A stretch of DNA of 64,000 nucleotides from Camelus ferus (taxonomy: Eukaryota), in assembly GCF_009834535.1 (NCBI RefSeq), contig NC_045696.1:91328001-91392000 (forward strand), given 5' to 3'. The translations under genes and the position numbers were made by a program. The notes below the pieces were generated by a model. The model did no database searches. It had not been told where the DNA came from and was given only the letters and a program-made list of their open reading frames with translations. This document shows, in pieces, positions 1 through 13,549 of the stretch; position 1 is the stretch's first letter; the number at the start of each line of letters is the position of its first letter.

Positions 1-599
1 ATCTGGCACATAATAGATATTTAATATGATAAATGAAAGAAAAAAAGGAAGAGAGGAAGGGAAAAAAAGTAAAGAAGGGTGTGGGGAGGGAAGGAGGCTG
101 GCCAGCCTGAGCTTGTGAATAATTGATTCTACATAATAAAGAGATTCCCTGTTGTTTGGAAAGAATTCACTCTTCTCTTAACGAGGGAGAGGTCTATTCT
201 CTTGCAGAATTTAGCTCATTGTGTCTTCATGTTACTAATGGCTACACTGACAGCTGTAGCACACCGCAGAGACTTGCTTGTCAAACGCTAACTGCTACGC
301 TATGTTACTATAGTTTTTTTCTGATAGAGTAATCATTACTACTTATGCAGAATGACAGAAGCTGCCTAACAGTATTTAATCTAATCCCCAAATATAAGAA
401 ATAGCCCAGTTATGTAAGACATAGAATGAACCCAAAGGGATTTTTTTTTTTTTGAAAAGTCAGAACAGGAAGGGAAGCATTAAGCACATAACTCAACTCT
501 GACAGACTGTACCTTTTGCTTTAGTTTCATGAGAATTGAAGTAGTAGGTAAATAATCCAGTATGTAGATTGCATGCTTAAATCTGCACTTTTTAAATTA

Positions 600-1325
600 C
601 TTTTTTAAGGTTGGATAAATACAAAATAATATTTATAACATATTTTAAAGTATGAAAATAATGATAAAACAAAAACTTGTATACACACACCACACAGATT
701 TGAAAAATAGAAAATGAAAGAAATCTTAGCTCTTCCTGTATCTTATCCCCTCAAATTTCTATCACCCCATGTGAAGTAATGACTATCCTGAATTTTATTT
801 ATATCATTTCATAAGTTTTGCTCACAGTGTTACATATTTGTACATATTATTAAACCCTAAATTCTTTGCATATATTTAAACTTTATGCAAATATAATGCT
901 ACATTTTTTCTTGTATGACTTGTTTTTTTTTCATTCAGCACTCTGTTTTTGAGATTCATCCATGTTGATAATATATGTGTCTATAATTTATTTATTTCCA
1001 TTGCTTTTTACAATCCTCTTGTATGATTATCACAGCTTAACATATCCATTTTGCCTATTGATTGATAATTCAAATTGTTTCCAGTTTTTTGTTATTATGA
1101 CACTGTGATCTTTCTTGTTCATGTCTCCTGGTTCACATGTGCAAGTTTCTCTGGGACTAAACCCAGGAGTGGAATTGTTGGGTTATAGCGCATGCACATT
1201 TGCAACTTTGCTAGATAATAAATGTTTTCTACAGCAGTTTACTAATTTGCACACCCACCAGCATTGATTGAAAGTTTCTGTTGCCTCATATTTTCACCTG
1301 TGATTTTTGCCACTCTTATGGGTTA
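600..1325 (-). mobile_element. Old L1 (L1ME-like) 3' fragment
   Basis: Antisense L1 3' motifs such as tttgagattcatccatgttg and ccaggagtggaattgttgggttatag; highly degenerate. Confidence 0.7.
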
Positions 1326-2479
1326 GTAGTCATCAAGACCTCTGACGTGCCCACTTATATCATACTTCTGAGTAATCACAGGTGTGATTCAGACAGTATA
1401 CAAACCATACACTTAAGATCTCTGCCACAATTTGAAGCTAGTGCCCCATGTTGAATTGAGCCAAAGCCTCCTTTGGACATTTATCAAAAAGCAGGGCTTA
1501 AAACGAAGAATAACTCTGTTGTTTTCTCAATAAGCGCTGATTGACAAATATGAGGAAAAAATCATGATGTTAGTGGTAGAAATGAAATATTGCACTTGGC
1601 ACTGTTGGGAAATCACCCAAGTCTTGTGGGTTTCTGACTTCATAACTACAAGGTATTTGGATCAAAGTATACTTACTTTAGGTGACATATGAATTCATAA
1701 TCCAAGGAAAAAAGCCTCATAAAAATAACTTAACATTAAATATATCTTGCAAAAGAACCATTTAACTTGGCAAAATATTAATGAAATAAAACACATGGGT
1801 TAGATTTCCCTTATAGTACACATAGGAATAAAATGTGCTGAACAAAATATGCTTTGGCTTTTTCCAAACTAGAAACATCTGAAAATAACCTAAGAGATTT
1901 CCTTAAACCATCGCATGTTTCTGGCTTTGTCCACCACTTAATTAAGTGTTGTTTTAATAATGAAGCACATTAGGAATGGGGGTTGTATCCAGTCTACAAA
2001 CTATTCTTTATGAGGTAATAAAGATAAAGACAATGGTACCAACATAAAAAGTACTTAATTTTGTGTTCTTACCTTCTTAGCATATGTTTCTTATCAGCCT
2101 TACTAGTTCTTTTCTGAAATCCCCTTTAGTTAAGAAAGTTGGCCATTGTTTCATCCTTGAAAATTTAGGTAGAAATCTGTTATGATAGCTCAGGGATAAA
2201 GGAGCTAGGTCATGTGTTTCCCTGGCAACTGAATTGCCATTGGTTATAAAGAACCAAGGTATGTATGCTGGTAAAGCATAACTGGCATTCAAACACTTTT
2301 CAAGGCAAATTACTTCTTTGTTGAGTGTCCACACAATGTGAACTCTTGAACGATTAAAACTAAGGTTATAGAAATAATTTTTGAAAATCTGTAAGTGCAA
2401 TTTTAGTATAATCTCAGTGCATGTGTAGATTAATTTTCTAAACTGTGAAAAACAAACAATGCATTTTGAGGAGAAAAAC

Positions 2480-5400
2480 TTAACTGTTTTAGAACTCCAC
2501 TTTCAGCATAGTCTAGGTAAATCTGAGCAGTTTATCTGATGAAAACAATAAAATCCAGACAAAATAATTTTTTAGCTGTTTGGGAAAAAAATATGTTTCA
2601 AGGCACTGAAAAGTCAAAAAGATAATAAAGTATCAGTGAGCCAAGATGTGGAGGAGGATTGAAGACCAGGAAGGTGAACCTGGCTTTGAGGGCCATTTTT
2701 TCCTGGGGGGGCTCCTGCAGATTCAAAAAGGAACCTGAAAGTCTAAGAGGCAGAGAACCTGAACATTAATTTTCACAGCTTCACAGAGAACGGGAAATAG
2801 GCATTAGCATCTAAGACTTACCAATAAGGGAAGGGGACTTGTATAAACTTCTGTAGAAATCCTGAAGAGCTGGACCCTAGGGATAAGGTAAACTGGAAAT
2901 AGAGGAAATGAAGTTTTCAACTTATCTCAATACCGATAATTGGATTGAGGTGATACCAATGCTAAAGATGAGCAAATGTGAATCGTCTTCCTGAGAAGAC
3001 ACCTTTAGTTTCAAATTATTTTTATAATCCATTTTGTAAATACAATGTCCATTCACTTACACACAGAAACACATATACACACACACACGCAAATAACCAA
3101 ACATACAAGAAGAAAATGGTATCTGAATAAAAACAAGAGGAAAAGAAACCATCCAACAGAAATGGACTCACTGGGTCTCCAGATATTGGATTTATTAGGT
3201 ACAGACTTTAAAATAATTTTTCTCAGTATATTCAAGGAGAGAAAAAAGGACACAACTAAAAACTTGGCAGGGAATTGGAAGCTACATGTTTAAAAAATGA
3301 AAATTCTAGAAACAAAAAACAAAATAGTTATTAAAATGAAAAATTTAATGGATGGGACAATATATTAGATACAGCTAATGAGATAATTAATAAACTGAAA
3401 GATCAGAAAAGAATGTCCAGAATGAAGAACAGAAAGTCAAAGAATGGAAACAATATGTGAAAATTGAGAAACAAAAAAATACTGTAAGGAGTCTATCATA
3501 CATGTAATTAAAGACCCAGAAGGAAAAGAGGGAGAGGAAATAGGACAGGAGTAATATTTGAAGAGACAATGGCTGAAAAATTCTAAAGTGGTCTCTAACC
3601 ACAAATTCAAGAAACCCTATGAATCCCAAGTGCCAGATAAATTAAAAGAAATCCACACCTAAACACATCATAATGTCATTGCTGAAATAATAAAGCCGTG
3701 TGAAGGTATATACACACACTATATATATACACATATTACATAGTATACATCTATACATATTATATTCTCCAAAAAAGTACTAAAAACAGTAAATGAATAT
3801 GTAATTTCCAGGGCTATTGAGGAGAAAAAAGAAATAAAAATGGTCAATCAAAACAAAAGCAGGAAAGAAGAGAAAAAGAATCACAAAACAAATAGAACAA
3901 ATAGAAAACAAATACTAAAATGATAAATTTAAACTCAAATATATAAGTACTTGGATTAAATGAAAATAGTTTAAATGTTCTGATTAAAAGAAAAAAGTGA
4001 TCAGATTGAGGGGGAAGAAAACATGTGATGTAAAAAAGAGACATATCCAAAACATAAGGATAAATAGAAGTTGAAATTAGGAGATAGAGCATACGAATAT
4101 TAACTACAAGAAACTCTGCATAGTTATATATTGGCAAACAAAGGTGACTTTAGAAGAAAAGTCTATTATTATAGGTTATTATAGGTAAGGGACACTTCAT
4201 AATAATAAAAGTTTTCATCCACAGAGTGATAACAATTCTAATTTTCTATCTAAGTATAACAGAACTTCATAATAGTATAATTACAAAATATACAGATCTT
4301 TAAAAAGAGACAAAAGGAGAAATGGACGATTTCCAAAACATTTTGAAAAATTGTAACCTTGAAATATCTAATTTAAAAACCATATAAAGAGTAATACTAT
4401 AAGACTCAGAAAACAAATGTGTAAACTTGATCCTAATGTACATAAACAGAACAGTGAATCCAACATGCAAGCGTTTTTTAAATGACCGTGTGCTGAGACA
4501 TAAAACAAGGTTCAAAACATTTTGAAGGATTGAATAGAGTGGATTCTCTGCCCCAGTGGGGGAATAAAAAGGCAACTAGAAAATCTATAAATGTTTGGAA
4601 AGTAAACAGTAAACTTCTAAATAATTCATGGGTCAAATAAGTCATGATGAAAATGGAAAATATTTTGAGCTAAATGGTAACTAAAGTACAGCATATCAAA
4701 ACTAATGAAAGACAGCTAAAACCATACTTAAAAGGAAATTTACAGGTTTAAAGATGCTAATGAAAAATTGGCACTTGCCATCTGCCTCTATAAGGATTGG
4801 ATCTCGTTGGCATTTGCCATCTAACTCTGCTTGGATTAAGTCACAAGCTGCTGCGGCTGCTGACCTTCAACACACCCTGGAAGGAGCTCAGGATGGAGGT
4901 CGGGAACGAAGCACTCTGTACTCTGGGAAAACTGGTCGAACAGGCCTTCAGACAGTTAGATATTTTCAGGAGATTTTATGACCCTAATTCTTGTGTCTCC
5001 TCATACCTAGAAAAGCACTAGAATCATTAACGGTGACATCTGCTCCCTGTGACTAGCAGCGAGCCTCTGCCTAAACGTGTGATTGACTGCACTTCCCCCC
5101 TTCACTGAAATCATATATGATACTGAGTTTTCTCCCTGCCTCTTTGAAACAGTTTCTAAGAGGTTTCTGAGATGCTGTTTTCCAGGCATTAGTTCTCATT
5201 TTGCCCCAAACAAAACTTAACCCACAGCTCTCATGTTGTGTGATTTTATTTCAGTCGACAAGAGGCAAATATGAATAATGAAGAAGGGCTGAAAATCAAT
5301 AACCTCAACTTCAAAGTCAGGAAAATAGAAAAGAATAGCAAGATAAACCCATAGAAAGTAGAATAAAGGAAGTAATAAAGATAAGAGTATAAAATCTATA

Positions 5401-7350
5401 AATACAATTTAAAGGAAATATTTTAGGAAACTAAAAAGTATATATGAATAAGCTAGAGATTCCAAGGGGCCGGGGGAAAATATAAATTCAATGAAATTTG
5501 TAGAAAATAAACAATGGAGAGGAAAACAGAAGTTAATGAAATAGAAGCTGGAAAGAAAAATAGGATTGACCAACAAACCTGAACTTGGTTCTTTGAAATG
5601 ACTAATGGCAAGATAGGTTAAAAAAAAATGAGAAGGGGTACAAATGAATAAAAAAGAAGTATAAATTAGGGAGGGAAATGGATACAACTGTCTTTATTTA
5701 CAGATGATAAGATGGTCTACATTCAACAATCTCTATAGACAAACTTTTAAAGCTAATAAAAGGATTCAACAAGGTTGTAGATACAAGATTAATACACAAA
5801 TATCTTTAAGGTTCCCTTGCACTAGGAAAAGTAAAATGCAAAATGTAATTTTAAAAAAAGAATCACAAAAAATTATACAATTCCTAAATTATAAATTATC
5901 TAGGAACAAACCCTACAAATACATACATAAACTTTATAAAAAATAAGTAATAGTTTATTGAGTAATATAAAAGAGAACTTGAATTAAGTGGAAATTGTAT
6001 CTTGCTCATGAATTAAATAAATCAACATTGAAAGGCCATCAGCACTTCCCAAGTAATCTGTAAAATTCATTATAAACCATATAATTTTAATTACAGTTCT
6101 AATGAAGATCTCAAATTGATTTCTATGAAAAATATTAACTGAGTCTAAAATTTATGTGGTCAGAGAATTATAAAGGTCAAAGAATTGCCAAGACAATTTC
6201 AAAAAGAAAGAACAAAGGAGTACTCTTTCCATACAGTATTAAAGACATATGCAGTACATATTAAAGACATATGCAAGACATATTAAAAAGCTAAGATCAT
6301 CAAAACAGTGTAGTATTGGCACAGAGAAAAATAAATAGATCAATGGAAAATAATAGGCACTCTTGAAATAGACCCAAACATATACGTAAACTTGGACTGT
6401 AACAGAGCTGGTATCATAAATCAATGGGTAAAGATCAGACTATTTACAAAAAAATTGTGCTAAAAAATTATATATATTATATATATTCTAATAAAACTAG
6501 ATTCCTACTTCACATTATAAGCAAAAAATAAATTTTGCATTAAAACCTAAATATGAAAAATCTCTACATATTTTAGAAAAGAAATATAGAAGAAGAATAT
6601 TTCTTTATGAACTCAGGTAGGGAAGGATTTCTTAAATAAAACATAAAAAGCATAAACCATAAAAGGAAAGATGAATTTTTTAAAGCTAAAAGCTTCTAAT
6701 TCTACTTTGTTTTTAGCAATGAAGAAAGACTGGAATTCCTTAATGCCCATTATTAAATAAGTTGTTGTGTATCCATACAGTAGAATAATATGTAGCTTTA
6801 AAAAGAATGAATAAGCTCTCTATATGTTGATGTGAAAGAGCGCCAAGATATATTAAGTGATTAAAGTTATATGCAGAAGAGAGTGTATATAGCAGATTAC
6901 TCTTTATGTAAAATTGGGGAAATAAAATATCTATTTATATTTGTATTTGAATTAAGACACTTTGGAAGGACATATATTTCTGGTAGCAGAAGTTTTAGCA
7001 GGAACTAAGTAGATGCAGGACCAGGGTGTGAAGGTATTTTTTCACTATACACCTTTTAATACATATTTAAAATTTTCTGAACTATGTGAATGAGTTACAT
7101 TTTTAAATTTTAAAATGAAACAAAACAAAACTTTTTAATAGAAGACTCCCCCCACCAAACAAAGGTGAAATGTAAGTTAAATATAATTGCAACACATGTA
7201 ACAGACAAACAAAGCCTTAGTATCTACAAAATGTAAAATATTTATTCAAATTAGTAAGAAAAGGACACTCCATACAAATCCATGAAAAGAATATGTATCT
7301 GAATAGGAATTTAACAGAAGAGGAATTATAAATATATTTGGCATTTAAAA
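2480..7350 (+). mobile_element. Degenerate old L1 (ORF1/ORF2 remnants), interrupted by an LTR
   Basis: Strongly A-rich + strand with L1 remnants (aagaaatccacacctaaacacatcata, cataaaacaagg, ggttgtagatacaagattaatacacaaa). No intact ORF. Confidence 0.8.
4755..5260 (+). mobile_element. Solo ERV1-type LTR (MER41-like) inserted in the L1
   Basis: About 506 bp with TG...CA termini (tgctaatg...tcagtcgaca). Abrupt composition change, 'aga' on both flanks, and L1 sequence resumes afterwards. Family assigned from recall of the 3' end. Confidence 0.7.
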
Positions 7351-7359
7351 TTTTTTTAT

Positions 7360-7444
7360 GGAGGAGGGAGATAGCTTAGTGGTAGAGCACATGCTTAGCT
7401 TGCTCAAGGTTCTAGGTTCAATCCCCAGCACCTCCATTAAAAAA
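7360..7444 (+). mobile_element. tRNA-derived SINE (camelid Vic-1-like), short copy
   Basis: A box tagcttagtggtagagc, B box ggttcaatccc, then an A tail. Similar to the copies at 51.3 and 58.0 kb. Confidence 0.85.
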
Positions 7445-7745
7445 TTTTTTTGTTTAATTTGTTTAAGCTCATCTCTTATCGATAGAAGGCAAATTAATAC
7501 ACAAAAGACACCATTTTCATCCAACAGGTCAAATTAAACAGTCTTTCTAAAGTGTTGTCAGGCATGTGACAACAATGCTCCCTTCTTGTGGAAGTATTGG
7601 TTGGTACTGCCATTTTGAGGTGTAATTTATAAATGTTTAATAAAATTAAAAATATGCATTCCATTCCCTACAACCCAGAAATTTCACTTCTGGGGTGTAT
7701 CCTGGACAAGTTTCTGCACCAGGACACACTTAAAAGAATGTTCCT

Positions 7746-7826
7746 ACTGAAAAACTGTGCTCTACACTGGAAATTGACACATTGTAAAATGACTATAACT
7801 CAATAAAAAAATGTTTAAAAAAAAAA
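7746..7826 (+). mobile_element. 5'-truncated L1 3' end with poly(A)
   Basis: cattgtaaaatgactataactcaataaaaaaa plus poly(A). Imperfect TSD aaaagaatgttcct (7732-7745) / aaaaggatgatcct (7827-7840). Confidence 0.7.
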
Positions 7827-7859
7827 AAAAGGATGATCCTTTCGGTGTGTATTTAACAA

Positions 7860-8110
7860 ACACTCATGTAGCACTTACTACATTCCATGCATGGTTCTAA
7901 GCACTTTATAAATATTACCTCAGATATTTCTCATAACAGCTCTAGCAGATCGGTACACTAATATGCTTGCCTTATAGATAGAAATAAAGCCTGACATACA
8001 AAAAAGAAGGTTAAGATTGTTGCCCAAAATCGTGAGGCTAGTAAATGGTAGAAATGGATGAGAACCCAGGCAGCCTGGCCTGACTGTGTTCTTTCAATCC
8101 CAACTCCACA
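7860..8110 (-). mobile_element. MIR SINE
   Basis: tagcacttacta...ggttctaagcactttata and aggttaag..gttgcccaa MIR core motifs. Confidence 0.65.
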
Positions 8111-9579
8111 TTGTCTGTCAGTAAAATCCTGCCCACCACTTACCACTTCATCAGTAGAGAAATGGATAAATAGAATGTACTATGTTCATTGGGTGAAATG
8201 CAATCAGTCACTAAAAGGTATATCTATATATTTATACATCTATAGATATTTATTTACAATTTATATATGAGTAGCTCCCAAAGAGTTTTATTGTGAAGTA
8301 AAATTTCGGAAAGTATTTATATACAGTTGATATTATTCATTTCTTAAGCTGTTTTGTAGAATGTATATCTGTGTCTCAAGTTTTCTTCATGTGAATGTTT
8401 TTAACTATAATTCCAATTTTAGATAAATAAATATGGGGCTATTCTGGTTACTTATTTTTTTCTTGAATGAACTTTAACAGTTTTTGTCCTTCAAAAAATT
8501 GTCCATTTCATCTAAATTGTCAAATTTATTGACATAAAGTTTTTATAATATTTTATTATTATTCTTTTAATATATCTATAGAATCTGTAGTGATGTCAAC
8601 TCTTTTATTCCTGAGATTGGTAATTTGTATCATCTCTCTGTTTTTCCTATCAGCCTGATTAGAGTTTTTTCAGTAAGAGGCTATGCCTCTTTCTTCCTCT
8701 TTACTAGTATTGAGAAAAAGTTTTTTTAATTTGCCAACATAACAAGAAAATAATTATGTCTCAGCCAAATGGATTTATTTGCTATGCATCTCTTTGCTTC
8801 TGCACCAGAATTCTTTTCAATTATAGCATTATTGCCTTATTGATGCCTTTATAAAGGAAGCCTTTATTCATGAAATTTTTATTGAATTCCTCCTCTCTGC
8901 CAGATAGTAGGCTACAGCTGAAGTTCCTCAGATGAATTGGTCCTGGGCCATGCCCATGAGGGTTTGTCAGCTAGTGGGAGAGAGTAAAATTAATATGGTA
9001 GCCTTCTGTACAAGTGCCCTGTGGAAACAAAAGAAGATGAGGTCAGCTATACTTGCTATGAGTATCTTAACAGAGAGGAAGAGGTAAGAATCATGGTGAA
9101 AGGATGAGCTGGCATTTTATAAACAGACAAGGGTGTTCCAGGTAGAGGGGCTGGCAGGTGCAAGGCACAGGAGCAAAAGGGAGAATGATGGCTGTACCAT
9201 CAGTCCATATTTTTAGTTGGAAGCTGCAAAAGCAATTTCTCGTTGATTACACAGAAATGGATTTGTATTAAAAATCCATATTGAGAGTTCTCAGAATGCT
9301 AGGAGGACTGGAGGATCGAAACCACACTGGAGAACAGGTGAGAAAGTCCCTGCTGCTCCTGCTCTGGGAGCTGTGGGAAACCACTGGTGTCCTGGCCCCA
9401 CAGGTGCCAGTGCTGAGCCAATACCATAACCTTGCAACCACTCATGCCCATGAAAGTTGGATGTTTCTGCTACCAAACTCAATGACAAAGTGGGTTCTAC
9501 ACAGCTATGCTTCATGAAGTTGTTCACTTCTAAATTAGAGTCTTGCATGGAGAGTCTGATTGAGCTTAAATTACCTTCA

Positions 9580-10740
9580 CTTATTTATTCAAAGTTTATT
9601 CAACAACCCAGGTCCATATTATGAGCCAGACACCTTGTTGAACTTTAGGGAATCAGCTGAACAAAGTCCCTGCCCTCATGAAGTTTTATAGTTTTGGAGG
9701 GGTGATGAGGGAGAGGGTAATAAAAAAAAGAAATAAGTAAATATACAGCATGTCAGATGATAGTGTATGGACAAAAATTTACAAATAAAGCAGGGACTGA
9801 GTCATGCGGGGAAGGCAGGGAGTGTCACTTTTTTACAGACAGTGGTCAGGGAGAGCATGCTAAGGTGATGTGTGGGTAAAGATATTAAAGAAGTGAAGGA
9901 GCCAGCCATATGAACCTCTGGGGTTAGGGCCTCCCAGGCAGAGGAAATAACAAATACAAATACCCTCTGGTGGGAATATATCTACTGTGTCCACAGAACA
10001 GCAAGGAGACTGTGTAGCTCCCGTGTGGCTGGAGCAGAGAGAGCAAAAAGCAAGAGTGGTAGGAGATGAAGTTGTGGATAAGGAGCAAGAAGGGGGAAGC
10101 TGTATCATGTAAGGCTTTGCTGATCATTGAAAAGACTTTGGCTCTGAGTCAGGGTGAGACAGAGAGCCATTCCATTGCAGAGTATAGAACAGAAGGGAGT
10201 CAGTTCTGACTTGTATTTTCATAGGATTATCTATATGTCCTGTTAAGACTATATTTTAACAAGACAAGAACAGAAGCCAAGGAGCTATTGCAGTAATCCA
10301 AGTGAGGTGTGAAATAATGGTGTTTTGATCACATAGTAGTAATAATAGTATACAGTGAAAGGTGACAAGTTCCTGGATATATTCAGAACATTTTAACTTT
10401 ACTACGTTGGGTTGTGTGTGCACGAGCAGTAGAAGGAAGTTTGAGAGGGCGATGGGGGCCAAATTGCTCAAGGGGGGAATATTACACAGGGCGTGGATAT
10501 CAGAAAATGGAACACGGAGGGTCACCTTAGGATCTATCCCCCACGTATCATAAAGAACGTTGAGGACACAGAATGGACAGAACCCAGGATGTGATAGGAT
10601 CCTTGTATGCGAGTAGGAAATGGAAAGAGAAGTAGATGATGTCCAGCTTTCCGGTTTATGTGCTTAGTGGATGGTGAGGGTCCTTCACCAAGACAAGAAA
10701 CACAGGAGGAGGAGCTAGTTTGGGAGAATAATGAGTCCTC
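9580..10740 (-). mobile_element. L2 LINE fragment
   Basis: ttcaacaa..., aaagtccctgccctcatgaag, ggagctattgcagtaatccaagtgag: typical antisense L2 motifs. Confidence 0.75.
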
Positions 10741-13269
10741 TCTAATTTGGGAGTAAAAGATACTACTTTTAATACTGTATTTTAAAAATCAAAATAGCCT
10801 TTATTATAATGAAACAGACAATAAACCTAGCCACAGGTCTTTATTCTCCTCTTCCTTAAAAAAAAACAAAAACAAAACAGAAGACTCGTGGTTCAAACTA
10901 TGTGTTATTTTGCTGAGCTCAAAGGGAGTTCCTGGATCTTTGTGTTTCTGTGCCTCTAATAGACTCTTGCAAGCTGGAGGCTGAACCCAGAAACGGTTCA
11001 GTGGAACTTTTTTTTTTTTTTTTTTTTTTTGCCTTCTCATGGATATTTACTATCCCAAGGTTTGATGCAGTTCACTCGATAGACAAGGTGGCGTTGTGAG
11101 CAGACCCATATTCTCTTCACTTGAAACGAACTGGTTAGGCTGGTGGATCTTCACTGGTAACACTTTGTGAAGCCCCAAATCTCTCCTCCGTGTGGTCAGG
11201 CCTTCCACTTGCTTGCACGCTTTCTGGCATTCCAGCTTGGGCTTGAAGGACTCTCTGGGCAGGTAAGAGTGATAGAGTGATTCTCTTGTTGCATTCAGAA
11301 ATGGAAACATGTCAGCAGTTTCAGGTAAGAAAAATTATTTATAGAAAGTGGAATCATCCAGTAATTCTCAGTATTTATATGTAATTTATACATTTAAAGT
11401 TGTTTTAGAACTTACATATGTTCTTTAAAGGCAACATCTTAGTTTGACTTTGTGGTTAGACAGAATATTGTTTCTTTCAAGTTCGCCAGTGGGGGGAGGG
11501 GTGGGAGTTGGGCAGGAACAGAGAGAGGAAAAAAAAAAAGAGTAATACTTTGTGAAACTAATTACCCAAAGGCATTTATGAATATTTGCATGGATGGATG
11601 GACTCCATGATTAGGTTTATTAAGTTCAAACAGTACGTGGCTTAGGAACTACCAAACAAGTTTAGGTGGTTAAAGAGGAAATATCTGGGAGAGTGGAGTG
11701 AACATATAACTGGTTAAAAAGAATAAATTTAGAATGTCCCAGTTTCAAGTACACGAACAACTACATTCCTTGTAGGCCTTTCCTGTCTCTACCTGTTGTC
11801 CACAGAAGCCTGTGGTTGTCATTGAAGGGGCTCATTTGTCATAGGTGTTTCCTGATGAGTCTCCTAGTCCACTTCCTTTGCAAGAAGCTGCCTTGTGGGG
11901 ACCCAGAGGAGCTAACCCACAAGCCTGGCTCAGCTGATTCTGTTCAGTAAAACTTTTTCAGTGGTAAATGGCAGAAAACCCAACCTAAAATCACTTAAGC
12001 TATCAAGGAATTAGTTTACAGTGAAGAGTGAATCTTGAAAGTCAGGGGCAGCTGGTTTAAGGGGTTTAAAATCACTAAGATTTGGTTTCAGGGTGGCAAG
12101 ATGGCAAGAAAAACCAGACCTTATGTCTTACAGTTGAGCAGGAAAAGACTGTCTCCTCAAAGCGAAACATTCATCTTTATATTGACTCTCATTGGGCTGG
12201 AAGGGGTCACACACCTCCCCTAAATTAATGACTATGGTGAGGAGAATGCAGTTTTTCTGACTGGCTGAGATCCAACCTATTTATGTAAATCAACTCTATC
12301 CAAGGGACATGGTTTCCAAGGAAAATTTGGGTGTAGTTTTTACCAGAAGTAGGTAGGATAAGTGGACATTGGGCAGTAGACACAGGAGAAAGTCCTCTTC
12401 ATCTCATGAGAATGCCTTTTAACTGAGCCAGCAGTTTATTTACATAGTAGCATGACTGCCAATGACATGGCAATATTGATATTTCTAGTTGTCACCTTAC
12501 ATCTTATTCTCCCCACTGTGCTACCCCACCACGCTCACATACTCCGTTTGACTGAAAGTTCTAGTTAGAAGAAGCTGAGAAATATTCTGTTGCTTTGTGT
12601 GTAGGCAAAACCTCAGATCAATAAGGGTAGAAAGCCCATGTCATACACATAAAGGGAGAGAAGTGCCTCCAGATACAACAATCCACTGGGTACCACCAAT
12701 TAATTTATGCATTAGAGGTTTGAAGAGCATTCTTCTTAAAAGAGAGAGAGAGAGAGAGAAATGTAAGGAAATATAGGACTACTTGTAAAGGGTCCCCAGT
12801 GTATTCGGCCTGAGAAGAGGAATTCCATATTTGGATGGTAAAAGGAAGTGAATTAGCGATTTGGATGGGCACAAGAAGGGAAAATGCTGACTTGGAAAGA
12901 TTCCCTAGTGCTACTGGATGCTTCAGTCAGCTCTTCAGGGTTTCACTAGCAATACCAATAGCATAGTTAGACTTTTTGCTCATTCAGACTAGTTATTTTT
13001 TTTCTCTTGTTGCATTTTTTCTTCTATCATATTTGGTTTAAATACTATCTCATTCTACTACATTCCTCCTTCCATCCCTCTCCAAGCCTTTCACTGATGC
13101 CTGTCTGATAAAAGGTCCTACATCTGATATTAACCGAAAACTTCCTTGATTCCTTAAAGTGAGTTATTCATTAACAGAACCTAAATTACTGGTTGTTAGG
13201 CAAATCTTCCAATTTTTTCAAACTAGTAATCTGCCCAGAGAGGCTTCTGTAAATCTACTGTAGAAATAA

Positions 13270-13549
13270 GCGAAGCTTTGTGCCAACTGTCAGCACTAAG
13301 CAGAAGTTTGAGAGAGGGAGGAGAAGTTATTCATTTGCTCGATTCAGCATGGTGAGTCCAGGGGAGGGAATCAAGTGTACCTCGGGCTTGACAGGCAGCA
13401 CAGGGAAGGACGCTGCAGCCGGCAGGACAGAGCGGGGCCAGGGCGACCAACTGCTGTTGAGCATGGTCGAGGCTTCCAGCCGAACTGCTCTAAAGATCAA
13501 GCTTTTGCCATCTTTTTCCTATGATGGCCAGAGTTTCCTGTCCTAAGAG
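13270..13549 (+). other. Candidate alternative VEPH1 first exon
   Basis: Non-repetitive, locally CpG-enriched patch with donor-like sites ATG|GTGAGT (13351/13352) and GAG|GTATGG (13549/13550). The 5' boundary is a guess. Confidence 0.4.

Noticed and set aside
6238..6288. Tandem repeat attaaagacatatgca (also acaattagtgggg twice near 47542-47568)
   Set aside because: Simple slippage duplications with two or three units and no spacer structure; not a CRISPR-like array.
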